Assembly: GCA_019057385.1 (NCBI GenBank)
Contig: JAHQJS010000004.1
Span: forward strand, 416,001 to 480,000
Length of the DNA stretch: 64,000 nt
Direction: 5' to 3'
Source: Candidatus Borrarchaeum weybense
Lineage (GTDB): Archaea; Asgardarchaeota; Sifarchaeia; Borrarchaeales; Borrarchaeaceae
The translations under genes were made by a program, and so were the position numbers. Shown one piece after another: positions 29,272 to 39,600 of this stretch. The notes below the pieces were generated by a model. It worked only from the letters and a program-made list of their open reading frames with translations. It had not been told where the DNA came from and made no database searches. The number at the start of each line of letters is the position of its first letter. Position 1 is the stretch's first letter.

Positions 29272-31382
29272 CCTCAGAAAATCAACGAATTGGCGTATTT
29301 CTCTGTAGTTGCGCTTCTAAGATAAGTGAAACCGTAGATTATAACGCAATTATAGACTATTTATCTAAGAATGAAGAATTATTAGTAGAACAACATGATA
29401 CAGCTTGTTTAAGTGATGGGCTTGAATTTCTTAAAGAATCTATCAAGAATAATAACCTTGCAAAGGTTGTCATTGCGGCATGTACACCAAAACTCTTTGA
29501 GACAAGATTTAAAACAGAACTTCAGCAAATTGGCATAAGCCCAGATTTCGTAGAAATTGCGAATTTGAGAGAGCAATGTGCACTGCCTCACAAGTCATGG
29601 CCACAAAAGGCAACTACAAAGGCTATTGCTCAAATTAATGCCGCAATACAAAAGGTAAGTCTAGCAAGTTCTGTTGAAAAAAAGATGTTCTCTCCGCTAG
29701 AGTCTGCCTTAATAATTGGAGGTGGGATTGGAGGTCTACAAGCAGCATTAGATTTAGCTAGTAATGGTATAGAGGTCTCTATTATTGAAAGATCTCCTGA
29801 GATTGGAGGAAGGGTGCGAAAAATCACTAGGATTCGAGGAGAAGAAGACTATAAAGCGTTTCAAGAACTCTTAGAAAGCGTTACTGCAAGCCCACAGATC
29901 AAAATTTTCACGTCAAGCGAAGTAAAAAGTGTTGCGGGAGTGCCAGGAAATTATAAAGTTTCTATTGATGGAATGAACAAAGACTTTCTGAATGTTGGTG
30001 CCATTGTAGTAGCAACTGGTATGGACGAGTTTAAACCGTTTAGCCTGAAAGAATTTGGATATGGATTGTATCCTAATGTACTTATTCAGAGTGATCTGGT
30101 TAATTATTTGGATCCTGAAGGCCCAACAAAAGGCAAGATCATTATTGATGGTGAGCAACCCAAAAATGCTCTCTTCATTCAATGTGTGGGTTCTCGTGAT
30201 TCAAGGTTTAATGAGTATTGTTCAAAACTATGCTGCTTCAGTTCTATTAAGAATGCTCTCTTACTTAGAGAGCAAGGGATTGACACTGCCATTTCTTTCA
30301 TAGACATAAGAACACCGTATGCTTACGAGGATTACTATGAACAAGCAAGAAAACTAGGCGTTCAATTTCTTCATGGACGCGTTTCTAATATCGAGCAAGC
30401 GGCAAATCAGCTAAGTGTAGAGCTAGAAAATTCATTTACTGGAGAAATAATTACACTTAATAGAGATTTGGTTGTCCTAAGTAGCGCTTTGATTCCTTCT
30501 GCAGGTACTGAGGACCTAAAAGAAATATTAGGAATAAGCAAAGAACCTTCCCCGAAATCTAATTTTTTCAATCCACTTTACGCAAAAATAAAAACTAGCG
30601 AATCGGAATCGAAGGGAATATTCTTGTGTGGTTCAGCAATAGGCCCAATGTTCATAAAAGAAACATTGACTCATGCAAGTGCAACAGCATTCAAAGCACT
30701 GAAGTATCTGAAATATACCATTTTCCAAGCAGACCTTCTTGTATCAAAAATTGATGAAGAAGCTTGTGATGGGTGCAAAGCATGTGTGGAACTCTGTCCT
30801 TTTGAAGCTATAGATTTTGATGAAGCAAAGGATCTAGCCGTGATTAATGATCTCAAGTGTGAGGGCTGTGGAGTTTGTACGGCAATTTGTCCTACAGGAG
30901 CAGCACAATTAACTAATTATGAGAGAGATATACTATTTAGACAGGTAGAGGCACTTCTTTCAACAAAAAAAGCATTAGAAGGAGATACTGCGGATAAGAC
31001 CATATTGGCATTCGTATGTAGTGAATGTGCCTATGGTTCTGTTGATCTTGCAGGAATAAATAACTGGCAATATCCTCCAAACGTTTTAGTTGCTTCAGTT
31101 CCTTGTATTGGCAGAATTTCCCCCCTTGATATACTAAAGGCGTTTGTTGAGGGCGCAGAAGCAGTTATGCTTGCAAGTTGCCCTGAGGAACGATGTCAAT
31201 ATCTTCGTGGAAACACAATCGCTTCGCTTGTAGTGGAATTCACGAAGAATATCTTAAATGAAATTGGGATAGATGAAAATCGAGTAGAATTATTTTCAAT
31301 GACTTCATCTGAACCTAACAAATTCATTGACGCCGTACAAGAGATGAACAAACGATTAAACTATCTTATTGCAGAAACATAG
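29268..31382 (+). CDS. hdrA: HdrA-like protein fused to MvhD/FlpD domain
   Basis: GVFLCSC, NLREQC, GGGIGG, QCVGSRD, 2x[4Fe-4S], C-terminal FVCSEC..VPCIGRI..SCPEERCQY. Confidence 0.88.
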   Translation: MTSENQRIGVFLCSCASKISETVDYNAIIDYLSKNEELLVEQHDTACLSDGLEFLKESIKNNNLAKVVIAACTPKLFETRFKTELQQIGISPDFVEIANLREQCALPHKSWPQKATTKAIAQINAAIQKVSLASSVEKKMFSPLESALIIGGGIGGLQAALDLASNGIEVSIIERSPEIGGRVRKITRIRGEEDYKAFQELLESVTASPQIKIFTSSEVKSVAGVPGNYKVSIDGMNKDFLNVGAIVVATGMDEFKPFSLKEFGYGLYPNVLIQSDLVNYLDPEGPTKGKIIIDGEQPKNALFIQCVGSRDSRFNEYCSKLCCFSSIKNALLLREQGIDTAISFIDIRTPYAYEDYYEQARKLGVQFLHGRVSNIEQAANQLSVELENSFTGEIITLNRDLVVLSSALIPSAGTEDLKEILGISKEPSPKSNFFNPLYAKIKTSESESKGIFLCGSAIGPMFIKETLTHASATAFKALKYLKYTIFQADLLVSKIDEEACDGCKACVELCPFEAIDFDEAKDLAVINDLKCEGCGVCTAICPTGAAQLTNYERDILFRQVEALLSTKKALEGDTADKTILAFVCSECAYGSVDLAGINNWQYPPNVLVASVPCIGRISPLDILKAFVEGAEAVMLASCPEERCQYLRGNTIASLVVEFTKNILNEIGIDENRVELFSMTSSEPNKFIDAVQEMNKRLNYLIAET

Positions 31383-31563
31383 AATAGTTTGAAATCTACA
31401 TATCTTTTCTATTTCTTGAGATTTAGTAACGTTCTCCTGTCATTTTTTTGAGTAAAAACTCTATTTAGAATAATATCAATTAAACTATAAACAAATCTAG
31501 TCTCATTAAGAAAGTCAAAGTCGTTATTTATTAAATCATTTCAAATTGAATTCTGGAGCTTAG

Positions 31564-32757
31564 TTGAAAAAATTGACGACAAGAAATAAACGAACTGGTA
31601 AAATATTAACTGGAAATTTACTTTTACTAAGTATCGTCAGTTTTCTAACTGATATGAGTTCTGAAATGATCCTTCCAATACTCCCATTGTTTCTTGTATC
31701 AATTGGCGGAACTGGAATCATCTTAGGTTTAATTGGTGGAGTAGGAGATAGTATAGCTAGCATCTTGAAGGTATTTTCAGGTTATTTCTCTGATAAGTTT
31801 GGAAAAAGAAAGACTCTCATATATGCGGGATACCAGACATCTGCAGTATCAAAACTGTTTTTTGCTTTTGCTACTATTTGGCAACATTTGTTGATCCTTC
31901 GTCCGATTGAACGCCTAGGTAAAGGAATAAGAACAGCCCCACGAGATGCGCTTATTGCTGAATCTGTACAAGAAAGAGGTAAAGGTTTCGGGATTCATAG
32001 GGCGTTTGATACGGCAGGAGCGATTATCGGATCTTTCCTAGCACTGGTGTTTATCATATTCTACAGTTTAGGCTTTAGAACTATCTTTCTTATTGCCGGA
32101 GGAGTTGCTTTTCTTGCTCTTGTACCACTCGTTTTTTTAAGAGAGAAAAAATCAAGACCACTAGCAAAGTCAATAAGTCTACATATCAGTTTTAAAGAAA
32201 TACCTAGCTCTCTAAAATTCTTCATCATTGTTGCAACTCTTTTTGCTTTAGGCAATTTTAGTTACTTTTTCTTTATTCTTAGAGCGCAACAGTTTTTCCC
32301 GGCAGAATTAGCGATCATAGGTCCATTGTTCCTTTACGTATTACTCAATGTAGTATATGCGGCGCTTTGTGTTCCCTTAGGAATCCTATCAGATAAGATT
32401 GGCAGAAAAAAGGTTTTAATTGCAGGTTACGCTTTATTTGGTTTCGTCTGCCTTGGTTTTACTCAGTTATATTCTTCTCTTGTATATCTTATCATCCTTT
32501 TCATACTTTATGGTTTAGTATATGCATTGGTAGAGGCTAATCAACGTGCATTTGTATCAGATTTGGCTTCTGAGGATTTAAAAGGAACATCTTTAGGTAC
32601 TTTTCACACAGCCATTGGCATTGCTTTGTTACCTGGAAGTATAATCGCTGGGTTTCTCTGGGATTTCATTGATCCTTATGCAACATTTCTTTATGGTGCA
32701 TTATTCGCTTTTCTTGCTGTTGCTTTATTTATAATTGGAGAAAAAAGCACTAAATAA
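31564..32757 (+). CDS. MFS transporter
   Basis: DMSSEM, SDKFGKRK, RLGKGIRTAPRDALI, SDKIGRK. Confidence 0.92.
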   Translation: MKKLTTRNKRTGKILTGNLLLLSIVSFLTDMSSEMILPILPLFLVSIGGTGIILGLIGGVGDSIASILKVFSGYFSDKFGKRKTLIYAGYQTSAVSKLFFAFATIWQHLLILRPIERLGKGIRTAPRDALIAESVQERGKGFGIHRAFDTAGAIIGSFLALVFIIFYSLGFRTIFLIAGGVAFLALVPLVFLREKKSRPLAKSISLHISFKEIPSSLKFFIIVATLFALGNFSYFFFILRAQQFFPAELAIIGPLFLYVLLNVVYAALCVPLGILSDKIGRKKVLIAGYALFGFVCLGFTQLYSSLVYLIILFILYGLVYALVEANQRAFVSDLASEDLKGTSLGTFHTAIGIALLPGSIIAGFLWDFIDPYATFLYGALFAFLAVALFIIGEKSTK

Positions 32758-32776
32758 AGCACATGGACTTTGAAAA

Positions 32777-33634
32777 ATGCCAGCAAATTTTTTTGCTTCA
32801 TTAAGTTATCAGCAATGTTGTTTTCTTAGCGATTCGATCGCGGGAAAGAATACCCTCGAAACAATGGAAGAGCATTTATCACTTGTTGAGTCAAATTTTG
32901 AATCAGATCAGGATCTTCACAAACTTGTTACCGATGTCCCCGTACCAACCGTTCTTATTAGGCCAAGTGCCATTAAATATGCTAAAAACTTATGTAAAGC
33001 TCAAGCTAAAGAAATTATGCTCGATAACGGCATTATTCAAAGAAAAACTCCTTTTTCAATTAAAAAATTACCAGATTTCATAGCAAAAATGGAAAAATGG
33101 TTGCAGTTAGTTGACTATTTTATTGTCCCAGACGTGCCACTCTGGAAGTTCGGTGAAAAATACAAAGAAAAAAACATAGAAATAGCAAGACAGACACTAG
33201 AACAAATTGGTAAACAAGATAAACTTGTTCTTCCTTTACATTTTAATAATGACGCTGATTTTCATTTGTACTATGATTCAGGGTTAATTGATGAATATAT
33301 TTGGTTTGCTGTGTCTTGCAGACCGTTCTCAATCTTCACAAAGCGGAAGAACACATTAGAAGAACACAATATCTGGAATAAAACACATTTACTCGCTTTT
33401 AATTCGACAAATCGAACAAATCTATCTTTGATTACAGATGCGTATTCATTTGATTCATCAGTATACAATATTCTTGCAGGAAAATTCCGTACAATGATTA
33501 CAAAAAACGGTGAGAAGCAAATTGTTCGCCGGATGAATAAAACTGAGATGATTCTTCTTTCTCTGAATAATGCGAAGTTTTATCCAACTTTCCTGAATAA
33601 AATAGCTCAAAAAAACATCATTAAAACAATTTGA
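32777..33634 (+). CDS. Hypothetical protein, possible TGT/DpdA-like TIM barrel
   Basis: DYFIVPDVP..VLPLH..HLLAF..YSFDSS motif order. Confidence 0.45.
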   Translation: MPANFFASLSYQQCCFLSDSIAGKNTLETMEEHLSLVESNFESDQDLHKLVTDVPVPTVLIRPSAIKYAKNLCKAQAKEIMLDNGIIQRKTPFSIKKLPDFIAKMEKWLQLVDYFIVPDVPLWKFGEKYKEKNIEIARQTLEQIGKQDKLVLPLHFNNDADFHLYYDSGLIDEYIWFAVSCRPFSIFTKRKNTLEEHNIWNKTHLLAFNSTNRTNLSLITDAYSFDSSVYNILAGKFRTMITKNGEKQIVRRMNKTEMILLSLNNAKFYPTFLNKIAQKNIIKTI

Positions 33635-33688
33635 TGAGATCATCTGTTTTGTATTCTTAAAACTGGAGGTTACATTATCAAGTCAAAT

Positions 33689-34453
33689 CTATAAATCCAA
33701 TTCTTCAAATATTCTCTTCTCTAACATATCAAGTTTTGAGAATTTCAGATCCCATTTGAGGAAAAATTTCCATTGAAATACTAGATAAATTAACAAGCCA
33801 ATCTGAGCAAGAATGTTTAAGATTATTAAGATTAAAGGAAATTGTGCTGGTGGACCTCTAAACACTAGTCTACCAATTGCAAGTCTAAATACAATTCTCG
33901 ATACAAACCAAAAGAAGTAGAAGACGGCAACTGCATTCATTAGGAAGAAGATTATACGGATTTTCTTAACATGTTGTATTATATCATAAGTGATCTGGCT
34001 TAGAGAAATAAACTCGGTGCCAGACTCAATTTCATCTGGAGAACTTTTTATTAATTTATCAAAAGTTTCTTCTTGGTCGTTATATTGCTGGACTTTTTTC
34101 TGCCAGTGTAAAAGAAAGAAAAAGTTTGCAAGTACAAAAAGAGCAATAATAATCATTATAATTCCAGGACTTAACACTTCAATTATCCTAGGTGCTTCAC
34201 GATGTAAAGGAGGACGACCAGGGGGTGGCGGATTCATACTCACAAAGACTATATTTGCAATTTGGATTAAAATTATAAAAATGGGAAGAAGTGCGCTCCA
34301 AACTAGAAACCTCTTTTGAGAATCAATAAAAAATAGCCCTTCTTTTTCAATTTTTTTAAAAGATGAAGAACGAGAATCATTCTTCCCCCGCAATATTTTT
34401 TCCTCCTCTGGTCCTTCTGGAGAATTATTCGTCATTTTCATCAGAGGTCTCAT
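33689..34453 (-). CDS. Membrane protein with two repeated 2-TM units
   Basis: Four hydrophobic helices with Pro-rich loops. Confidence 0.65.
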   Translation of the reverse strand: MRPLMKMTNNSPEGPEEEKILRGKNDSRSSSFKKIEKEGLFFIDSQKRFLVWSALLPIFIILIQIANIVFVSMNPPPPGRPPLHREAPRIIEVLSPGIIMIIIALFVLANFFFLLHWQKKVQQYNDQEETFDKLIKSSPDEIESGTEFISLSQITYDIIQHVKKIRIIFFLMNAVAVFYFFWFVSRIVFRLAIGRLVFRGPPAQFPLILIILNILAQIGLLIYLVFQWKFFLKWDLKFSKLDMLEKRIFEELDL

Positions 34454-34794
34454 TCGATTTCAGAATTTATTTTCACAAACCACTCGTATCGCTCTTTTCC
34501 AAGTGGCGTTATCTTATAGATAATTATTGTGCGATCGCCCCAAGGTTCTTCGTGAGATTCGATATATCCCGCGTTTTCCAATTTTATTAAATATTTCTCT
34601 GCTGTAATTGATTTTAACCCGCAATAGTTGATTAGATGTGATTTTACAATACCTTTAATCAAAGAATTTTCACGTTCTGCTCGAAGGATCCCTTCTAAGA
34701 TCGTTTGTATAATTAAATTAGCAGGGCGATACTGAGACGATTTCATGATATATACACAATTTGAGTTTTGAATTCTTCTGTACCAATGGTACAA
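34450..34794 (-). CDS. Archaeal winged-helix transcriptional regulator (likely start 34746)
   Basis: KSHLINYCGL..EKYLIKLENAGYI..YKITPLG. Confidence 0.8.
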   Translation of the reverse strand: MYHWYRRIQNSNCVYIMKSSQYRPANLIIQTILEGILRAERENSLIKGIVKSHLINYCGLKSITAEKYLIKLENAGYIESHEEPWGDRTIIIYKITPLGKERYEWFVKINSEIE

Positions 34795-34913
34795 AACCTT
34801 CTACCAAAGGTTTGACAGCATTTAAGAGTTTATTGGAGACTTTGTTTTTAGATTTTTTCATTCTGTGATATGGATGAAAATTTCAAACGAATAAATTATT
34901 TCAAAGAATTCAA

Positions 34914-35708
34914 ATGGTGTTTAAAATGGACAATCCTTCGAGTACTATGCTAGACATCACCAATATTGAAAGAGGTACTGTCTCGATTGAAGAAATGAAA
35001 GAAAATTCGGTAATTCTTAAGACTGTAAATCTCCATAAAACGTATATCTCTGGCCCACTGGCAGTACAGGCGGTGCGTGGCATTGATCTGGAAGTAAAAA
35101 ATGGTGAGTTTCTAGCTATCATGGGACCTTCAGGTAGCGGCAAGTCAACATTTTTGAATTGTTTATCGGCTATTGATACTCCCACAATGGGTGATATCTT
35201 CATTGACGGACAAAATATCGCTGCCCTTACTGACAACCAACTTGCCGACATTCGCCTACGCAAAATCGGTCTTGTCTTTCAAACATTTCAACTTTTTGAG
35301 TTACTTACTGCTTTAGAAAACGTAGAAATGCCTATGACTTTTCTAAAGATTCCAAAAAAGGAAAGAAAGGAGCGAGCTTTAGAACTATTACGGATGGTAG
35401 GTCTTGAAGCACGAGCTCAGCACATTCCGTCAGAGTTAAGTGGCGGAGAACAACAAAGAATCGCTGTCGCTAGAGCCCTTGCAAATGATCCTCCGGTCCT
35501 CTTTTTAGATGAGCCAACTGGTGATCTTGACTCCAAGAATAGCCAAAAGATCATGGAACTGTTGAAATCGATCCATGAAAAAGGAGTAACATTGGTTATG
35601 GTCACCCACGACCCCGAGATGGCTGCTTATGCAGATCGTGTCATAAACATGCTCGACGGGAAGATTCTAAATGAAGAAATCAATAACAAGACTGACGTAA
35701 ACAAGTAG
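34914..35708 (+). CDS. ABC transporter ATPase (LolD/MacB type)
   Basis: GPSGSGKST, LSGGEQQR, LDEPTG, VTHD. Confidence 0.95.
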   Translation: MVFKMDNPSSTMLDITNIERGTVSIEEMKENSVILKTVNLHKTYISGPLAVQAVRGIDLEVKNGEFLAIMGPSGSGKSTFLNCLSAIDTPTMGDIFIDGQNIAALTDNQLADIRLRKIGLVFQTFQLFELLTALENVEMPMTFLKIPKKERKERALELLRMVGLEARAQHIPSELSGGEQQRIAVARALANDPPVLFLDEPTGDLDSKNSQKIMELLKSIHEKGVTLVMVTHDPEMAAYADRVINMLDGKILNEEINNKTDVNK

Positions 35709-35721
35709 ATAGAGGAGATGA

Positions 35722-37152
35722 GTGATGAGTTACTTGAGTTATCTTTTCAAAGGAATGCGTCGTAAAAAAATGCGCAGTTTGCTGGGTGTACTAGGCATCA
35801 TTGTTTCAATCGCCTTGCTTACTGGTGTGAATGCAACGGTCGATTCTTATAGTTATACTTACATCGACCAGGCCGAACAAAGTGAGGGCATTATCGACCT
35901 TATGATCACTCGGGACGTGGACGATGAAACAAATCCAACATATAACGACTATTTATTCAAAGACGCTGAGGTACGTTCATATGTAGACTATATAGAAGGC
36001 ATCAAGGGCGTTTCACCACGCCTTAGGGCACTTGTAGAGGTTAAAGTAGACAAGCCCGGTGAAGAGAATGATCTGGAAGTAGACCTTGAATTGATGGGCA
36101 TGGATGTTGCCAGAGAGGATGAACTCGGAATTGGAAATTTCCGTCTCATTGAAGGCACGTATGATCTGGAAGGAAAAAAGGTTTTCATTCAGCAAAGCAC
36201 AGCTAACCTTCTTGGCATTGGAGTAGGTGATGAGATTAAAATCGAGGCATTAGAATGGAACACCGACAACGGCGGATCAAAAACTCAAGAGTTTGAAGTG
36301 ACAGGAATCATTGAGAATGAAAATCGCTTATCATCCAACGACGAAAATGTTCTTATCGCTGGCTTATGGAGGGTGCGTGACCTTACCCGCAGCTCAAAAT
36401 ACGTAACCGAACTAGTAGGAACTTTTGAAGGAAGAGAATTTATCTATAATGTACAAGATACTGATGAAACAATCGTGAGAACAGTAACAATTGGATCAGA
36501 AATACAAGAGGCAATAGGCTATGATTATGACGTCACTTTACCGATTACTGACGCAATGCAGCAGCTTGAACAATTTGGCATGTTCACAAGGGTCATGCTC
36601 TGGTTGGTTGCGATAATATCTTTGATCATAGTTTGTGTGCTGATGTACAGTTTATTAACTATCTCAGTTGAAGAAAAGACTCACGATTTTGGCTTATTCA
36701 TGGCGATTGGAGCGAAAAAGACACAGATATTACGCCTCGTCCTGTTGGAAGCAGTGATTATTTCCACCATAGGAGCAGTTTTTGGAGTTATCATCGGATA
36801 TTTTTTGAGTGTAGGACTCCTCTCTTTCCTAACAGGTGGTGGTGTCGGGATTCCTATGGCAGGTGGTGGCGGTGGGATGGGTGGCCGCTCTAGAGGACTT
36901 AGTATTCCTTTAATGCTCGATATTGTTGTTGTGGTACAGACAATAGTAACAAGTGCACCAGCAGGAATTCTGGTTGGTCTTTTACCAATCTTCAGTGGTG
37001 TTCTTTCTTTAACTTGTAGATCTCCTAAAACTACACAAACTATGATTACTTACGATTTAGTTGATGTCCATGCTGATCGTGTAACCCAAATGGTCGACGG
37101 GAAGATTGCAAATGAGGAAATTAATGACCGAGAGATCGATACAATCTTTTAG
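35722..37152 (+). CDS. FtsX/MacB-type ABC permease, N-terminal half with chimeric tail
   Basis: RSLLGVLGI, periplasmic domain, SVEEKTHDFGLFMAIGA; tail resembles the ATPase C-terminus. Confidence 0.8.
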   Translation: MMSYLSYLFKGMRRKKMRSLLGVLGIIVSIALLTGVNATVDSYSYTYIDQAEQSEGIIDLMITRDVDDETNPTYNDYLFKDAEVRSYVDYIEGIKGVSPRLRALVEVKVDKPGEENDLEVDLELMGMDVAREDELGIGNFRLIEGTYDLEGKKVFIQQSTANLLGIGVGDEIKIEALEWNTDNGGSKTQEFEVTGIIENENRLSSNDENVLIAGLWRVRDLTRSSKYVTELVGTFEGREFIYNVQDTDETIVRTVTIGSEIQEAIGYDYDVTLPITDAMQQLEQFGMFTRVMLWLVAIISLIIVCVLMYSLLTISVEEKTHDFGLFMAIGAKKTQILRLVLLEAVIISTIGAVFGVIIGYFLSVGLLSFLTGGGVGIPMAGGGGGMGGRSRGLSIPLMLDIVVVVQTIVTSAPAGILVGLLPIFSGVLSLTCRSPKTTQTMITYDLVDVHADRVTQMVDGKIANEEINDREIDTIF

Positions 37153-37165
37153 TGAGGTGTCATAA

Positions 37166-39037
37166 ATGAAAAAGAAACATGGATTATATCTTATATTAGT
37201 CCTTCTTGGAGTGCTGGTTGCTGTAAGCACCTTCTTTCTATTCGAAAGTTACATAATTCCACTAATAGGTAGTGGAACTAGTGGTGAATATAGTAGTGGA
37301 TCTGCAACATTCAATATTGTTGTTTCGGTACAGACCATAGCAATAAGCTTGGCAGCAGGAATTCTGGTTGGTCTAGTCAGTGTCCTTTATCCAGCCCTTA
37401 AAGCTACACAAGTTGATATCGTTGATTCCCTTACGCCTACACGCGTAAGTCACACAAAAGCTCATATGGTAAGAGAGAGAGGCGTTAGTCACCGTTTAAT
37501 CATGTATGGAATTGTAATTTCGGGCATATCAGCGTTTATGTTCTTCGTAATGCCCAACGCCTTCACTACTGGTAATACAACGACGATGTCGATGTTGTAT
37601 CTTGGTATGATGGTTAGTTTACTTATTGGGTTTACCTTCATAGGTTTAGGAGCGTTAGTTCCTGGCATAGAAAGGTTACTTACACGCGTAATACGTCCAA
37701 TCACCCGCCGGATTAATGATATAGTTGCAATGTATCTAAGAAAACATCGGAGAAGAAATACTTTAACAGCAATTATGTACTCGATATCGATTGCATTCAT
37801 CCTTTTCCTTTCGACGATGCTTACCGTTCAGACAGAGTATAGTGCAACCACTTTACGAGCTGAAATTGGCACAGATCTATCTCTTGTATCAACTACAAGT
37901 TCAATTGCAGAGCCTTTCAGGCCTGTAACCAGCGAAACTCCCATCTGGATAAATGATACTGAACTCATACCTAAGATTAAGGAAATAGATGGAGTAGTAG
38001 ATATCACACGTGTAAGCCATGCAAATCATCCAAATGGATCTTCAACAGTGAGAATGGGTGACCTGATGGAATTTGAAACAGTGAGTGCCAGTGTATATGC
38101 CGTAGATGCGAATTTTCCCAATGTAACGTACTTTGATATTGCCAGTTTCACAGCAGGGGACGAATCAGCCTTTGAAACGATTAATAAGGTAGAAAATACT
38201 ACGATTATATCCGAAGGTGCAGCAAAACGTCTTAATGTTGACGTTGGAGATCATGTGACCATTAATGTACAGAGAAATATTGCATCTGGAACAGAAGTAT
38301 CAAATATAGTGCTTAGTGTTGTTGCGATAGCTGACGATATGCCAGCCTTCTCCGGTTTCGTTAATTCCGAATCTGGCAGTTCAGATGTATTAGTTTCACA
38401 ACATACTTATGCGTTAATCTTCGATCTCTATGAGGACCAGGATATCGATAAGACAGATACAAGTGAACTAGAAGATTACGTTGAACCAGTCGAAAGACTG
38501 TTAATAAAAACAACCAGCCCTGAGGCTGCCGAGAGTGTTGGTAGGATCTTAACGGCATCTTACGGCGTGAAAGAAGATGTGAATGTTCGTGTAACAGAAG
38601 AAGAAATTGAAGAGGCAGAAGAAAGTCTAGAAAGCCTCCAACTATTCTTTACTATAGCTTTAGGATTTGGAATTATCATTGCATTCTTTGGACTCACTGC
38701 TAGCTCTTACTCCACTATCCAAGAATCTATCTCTGAGATTGGGATAATGAAAAGCATAGGGCTAAGCAGCAAACATATTGAAAACGTCTTTATGTTTGAG
38801 TCAATTGTACTTACTTTAGCGGCAGGTTTAGCTGGCCTAGTTGTAGGATACTTCACGGGGATTTCATTGATATTACAGCAAGCTATAAACGCCGAGCAAG
38901 CCTTACCGTTGTATATACCATGGACTGAACTGGCATTAGTCATCATAGCCTCAATTATCATTGGTGCTATAGGCGCAAGGATACCTTCGCGTACAATCAC
39001 TAAAAAAACAACAGCCGAAATTTTGAGAATGCGGTAA
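37166..39037 (+). CDS. FtsX/MacB-type ABC permease, C-terminal half
   Basis: YPALKA, RRRNTLT, EIGIMKSIG, multiple TM helices. Confidence 0.82.
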   Translation: MKKKHGLYLILVLLGVLVAVSTFFLFESYIIPLIGSGTSGEYSSGSATFNIVVSVQTIAISLAAGILVGLVSVLYPALKATQVDIVDSLTPTRVSHTKAHMVRERGVSHRLIMYGIVISGISAFMFFVMPNAFTTGNTTTMSMLYLGMMVSLLIGFTFIGLGALVPGIERLLTRVIRPITRRINDIVAMYLRKHRRRNTLTAIMYSISIAFILFLSTMLTVQTEYSATTLRAEIGTDLSLVSTTSSIAEPFRPVTSETPIWINDTELIPKIKEIDGVVDITRVSHANHPNGSSTVRMGDLMEFETVSASVYAVDANFPNVTYFDIASFTAGDESAFETINKVENTTIISEGAAKRLNVDVGDHVTINVQRNIASGTEVSNIVLSVVAIADDMPAFSGFVNSESGSSDVLVSQHTYALIFDLYEDQDIDKTDTSELEDYVEPVERLLIKTTSPEAAESVGRILTASYGVKEDVNVRVTEEEIEEAEESLESLQLFFTIALGFGIIIAFFGLTASSYSTIQESISEIGIMKSIGLSSKHIENVFMFESIVLTLAAGLAGLVVGYFTGISLILQQAINAEQALPLYIPWTELALVIIASIIIGAIGARIPSRTITKKTTAEILRMR

Positions 39038-39191
39038 CTTTTTTATCCCCTATTTTTTTTACATTCACTTTTAAGGGCATTTTCAAGTTTCATTCAAGCT
39101 AAAAAGAGAGATTTTGTTGCGTGAAATCCACGTTTAATGACGTTCATGATAATGATAAACCCTACTGTACATTCTCCGTTTTGTTGCAATA

Positions 39192-39554
39192 CTATGTGGA
39201 TTTTCTTTCGACATACTCTAAAATAATGCGCTTTTTAAAACCTCCACGTTCTACATTCTTTTTCTTTCTCAATTCTTCTATTCGTGTGAATTCTAGGTTT
39301 TCAGCATCAATTAAACAATAAATTGCTTCTAGTACATCAATGAGTTCATTAACATCTTGTGATTCCTTGAGCTCAATTGCCTCTTCTAGAATTTTTTCTC
39401 TTAATGCTTGGCAATATTCCGCTTTATTTTTCGCAATATGACATTCTGGATGATTCCCTTCCTGTCTTATTATATCTGGTATTTTGTCACGAACGAGTTT
39501 ATTGAAGTATGTACGCACCATTCGACATTCTCCTATAATGCAATCTATTAGCAT
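39192..39554 (-). CDS. MazG-like nucleoside triphosphate pyrophosphohydrolase
   Basis: NKLVRDKIP..KILEEAIE..ELIDVLE..RGGF. Confidence 0.85.
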   Translation of the reverse strand: MLIDCIIGECRMVRTYFNKLVRDKIPDIIRQEGNHPECHIAKNKAEYCQALREKILEEAIELKESQDVNELIDVLEAIYCLIDAENLEFTRIEELRKKKNVERGGFKKRIILEYVERKST

Positions 39555-39600
39555 TTTAATCGTAAACTATATAACTAAAAAGATATGACAGTGTCATAAT

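Noticed and set aside
27895-31382. Selenocysteine recoding in HdrA/MvhD
   Set aside because: ORFs are uninterrupted and have Cys at the motif positions
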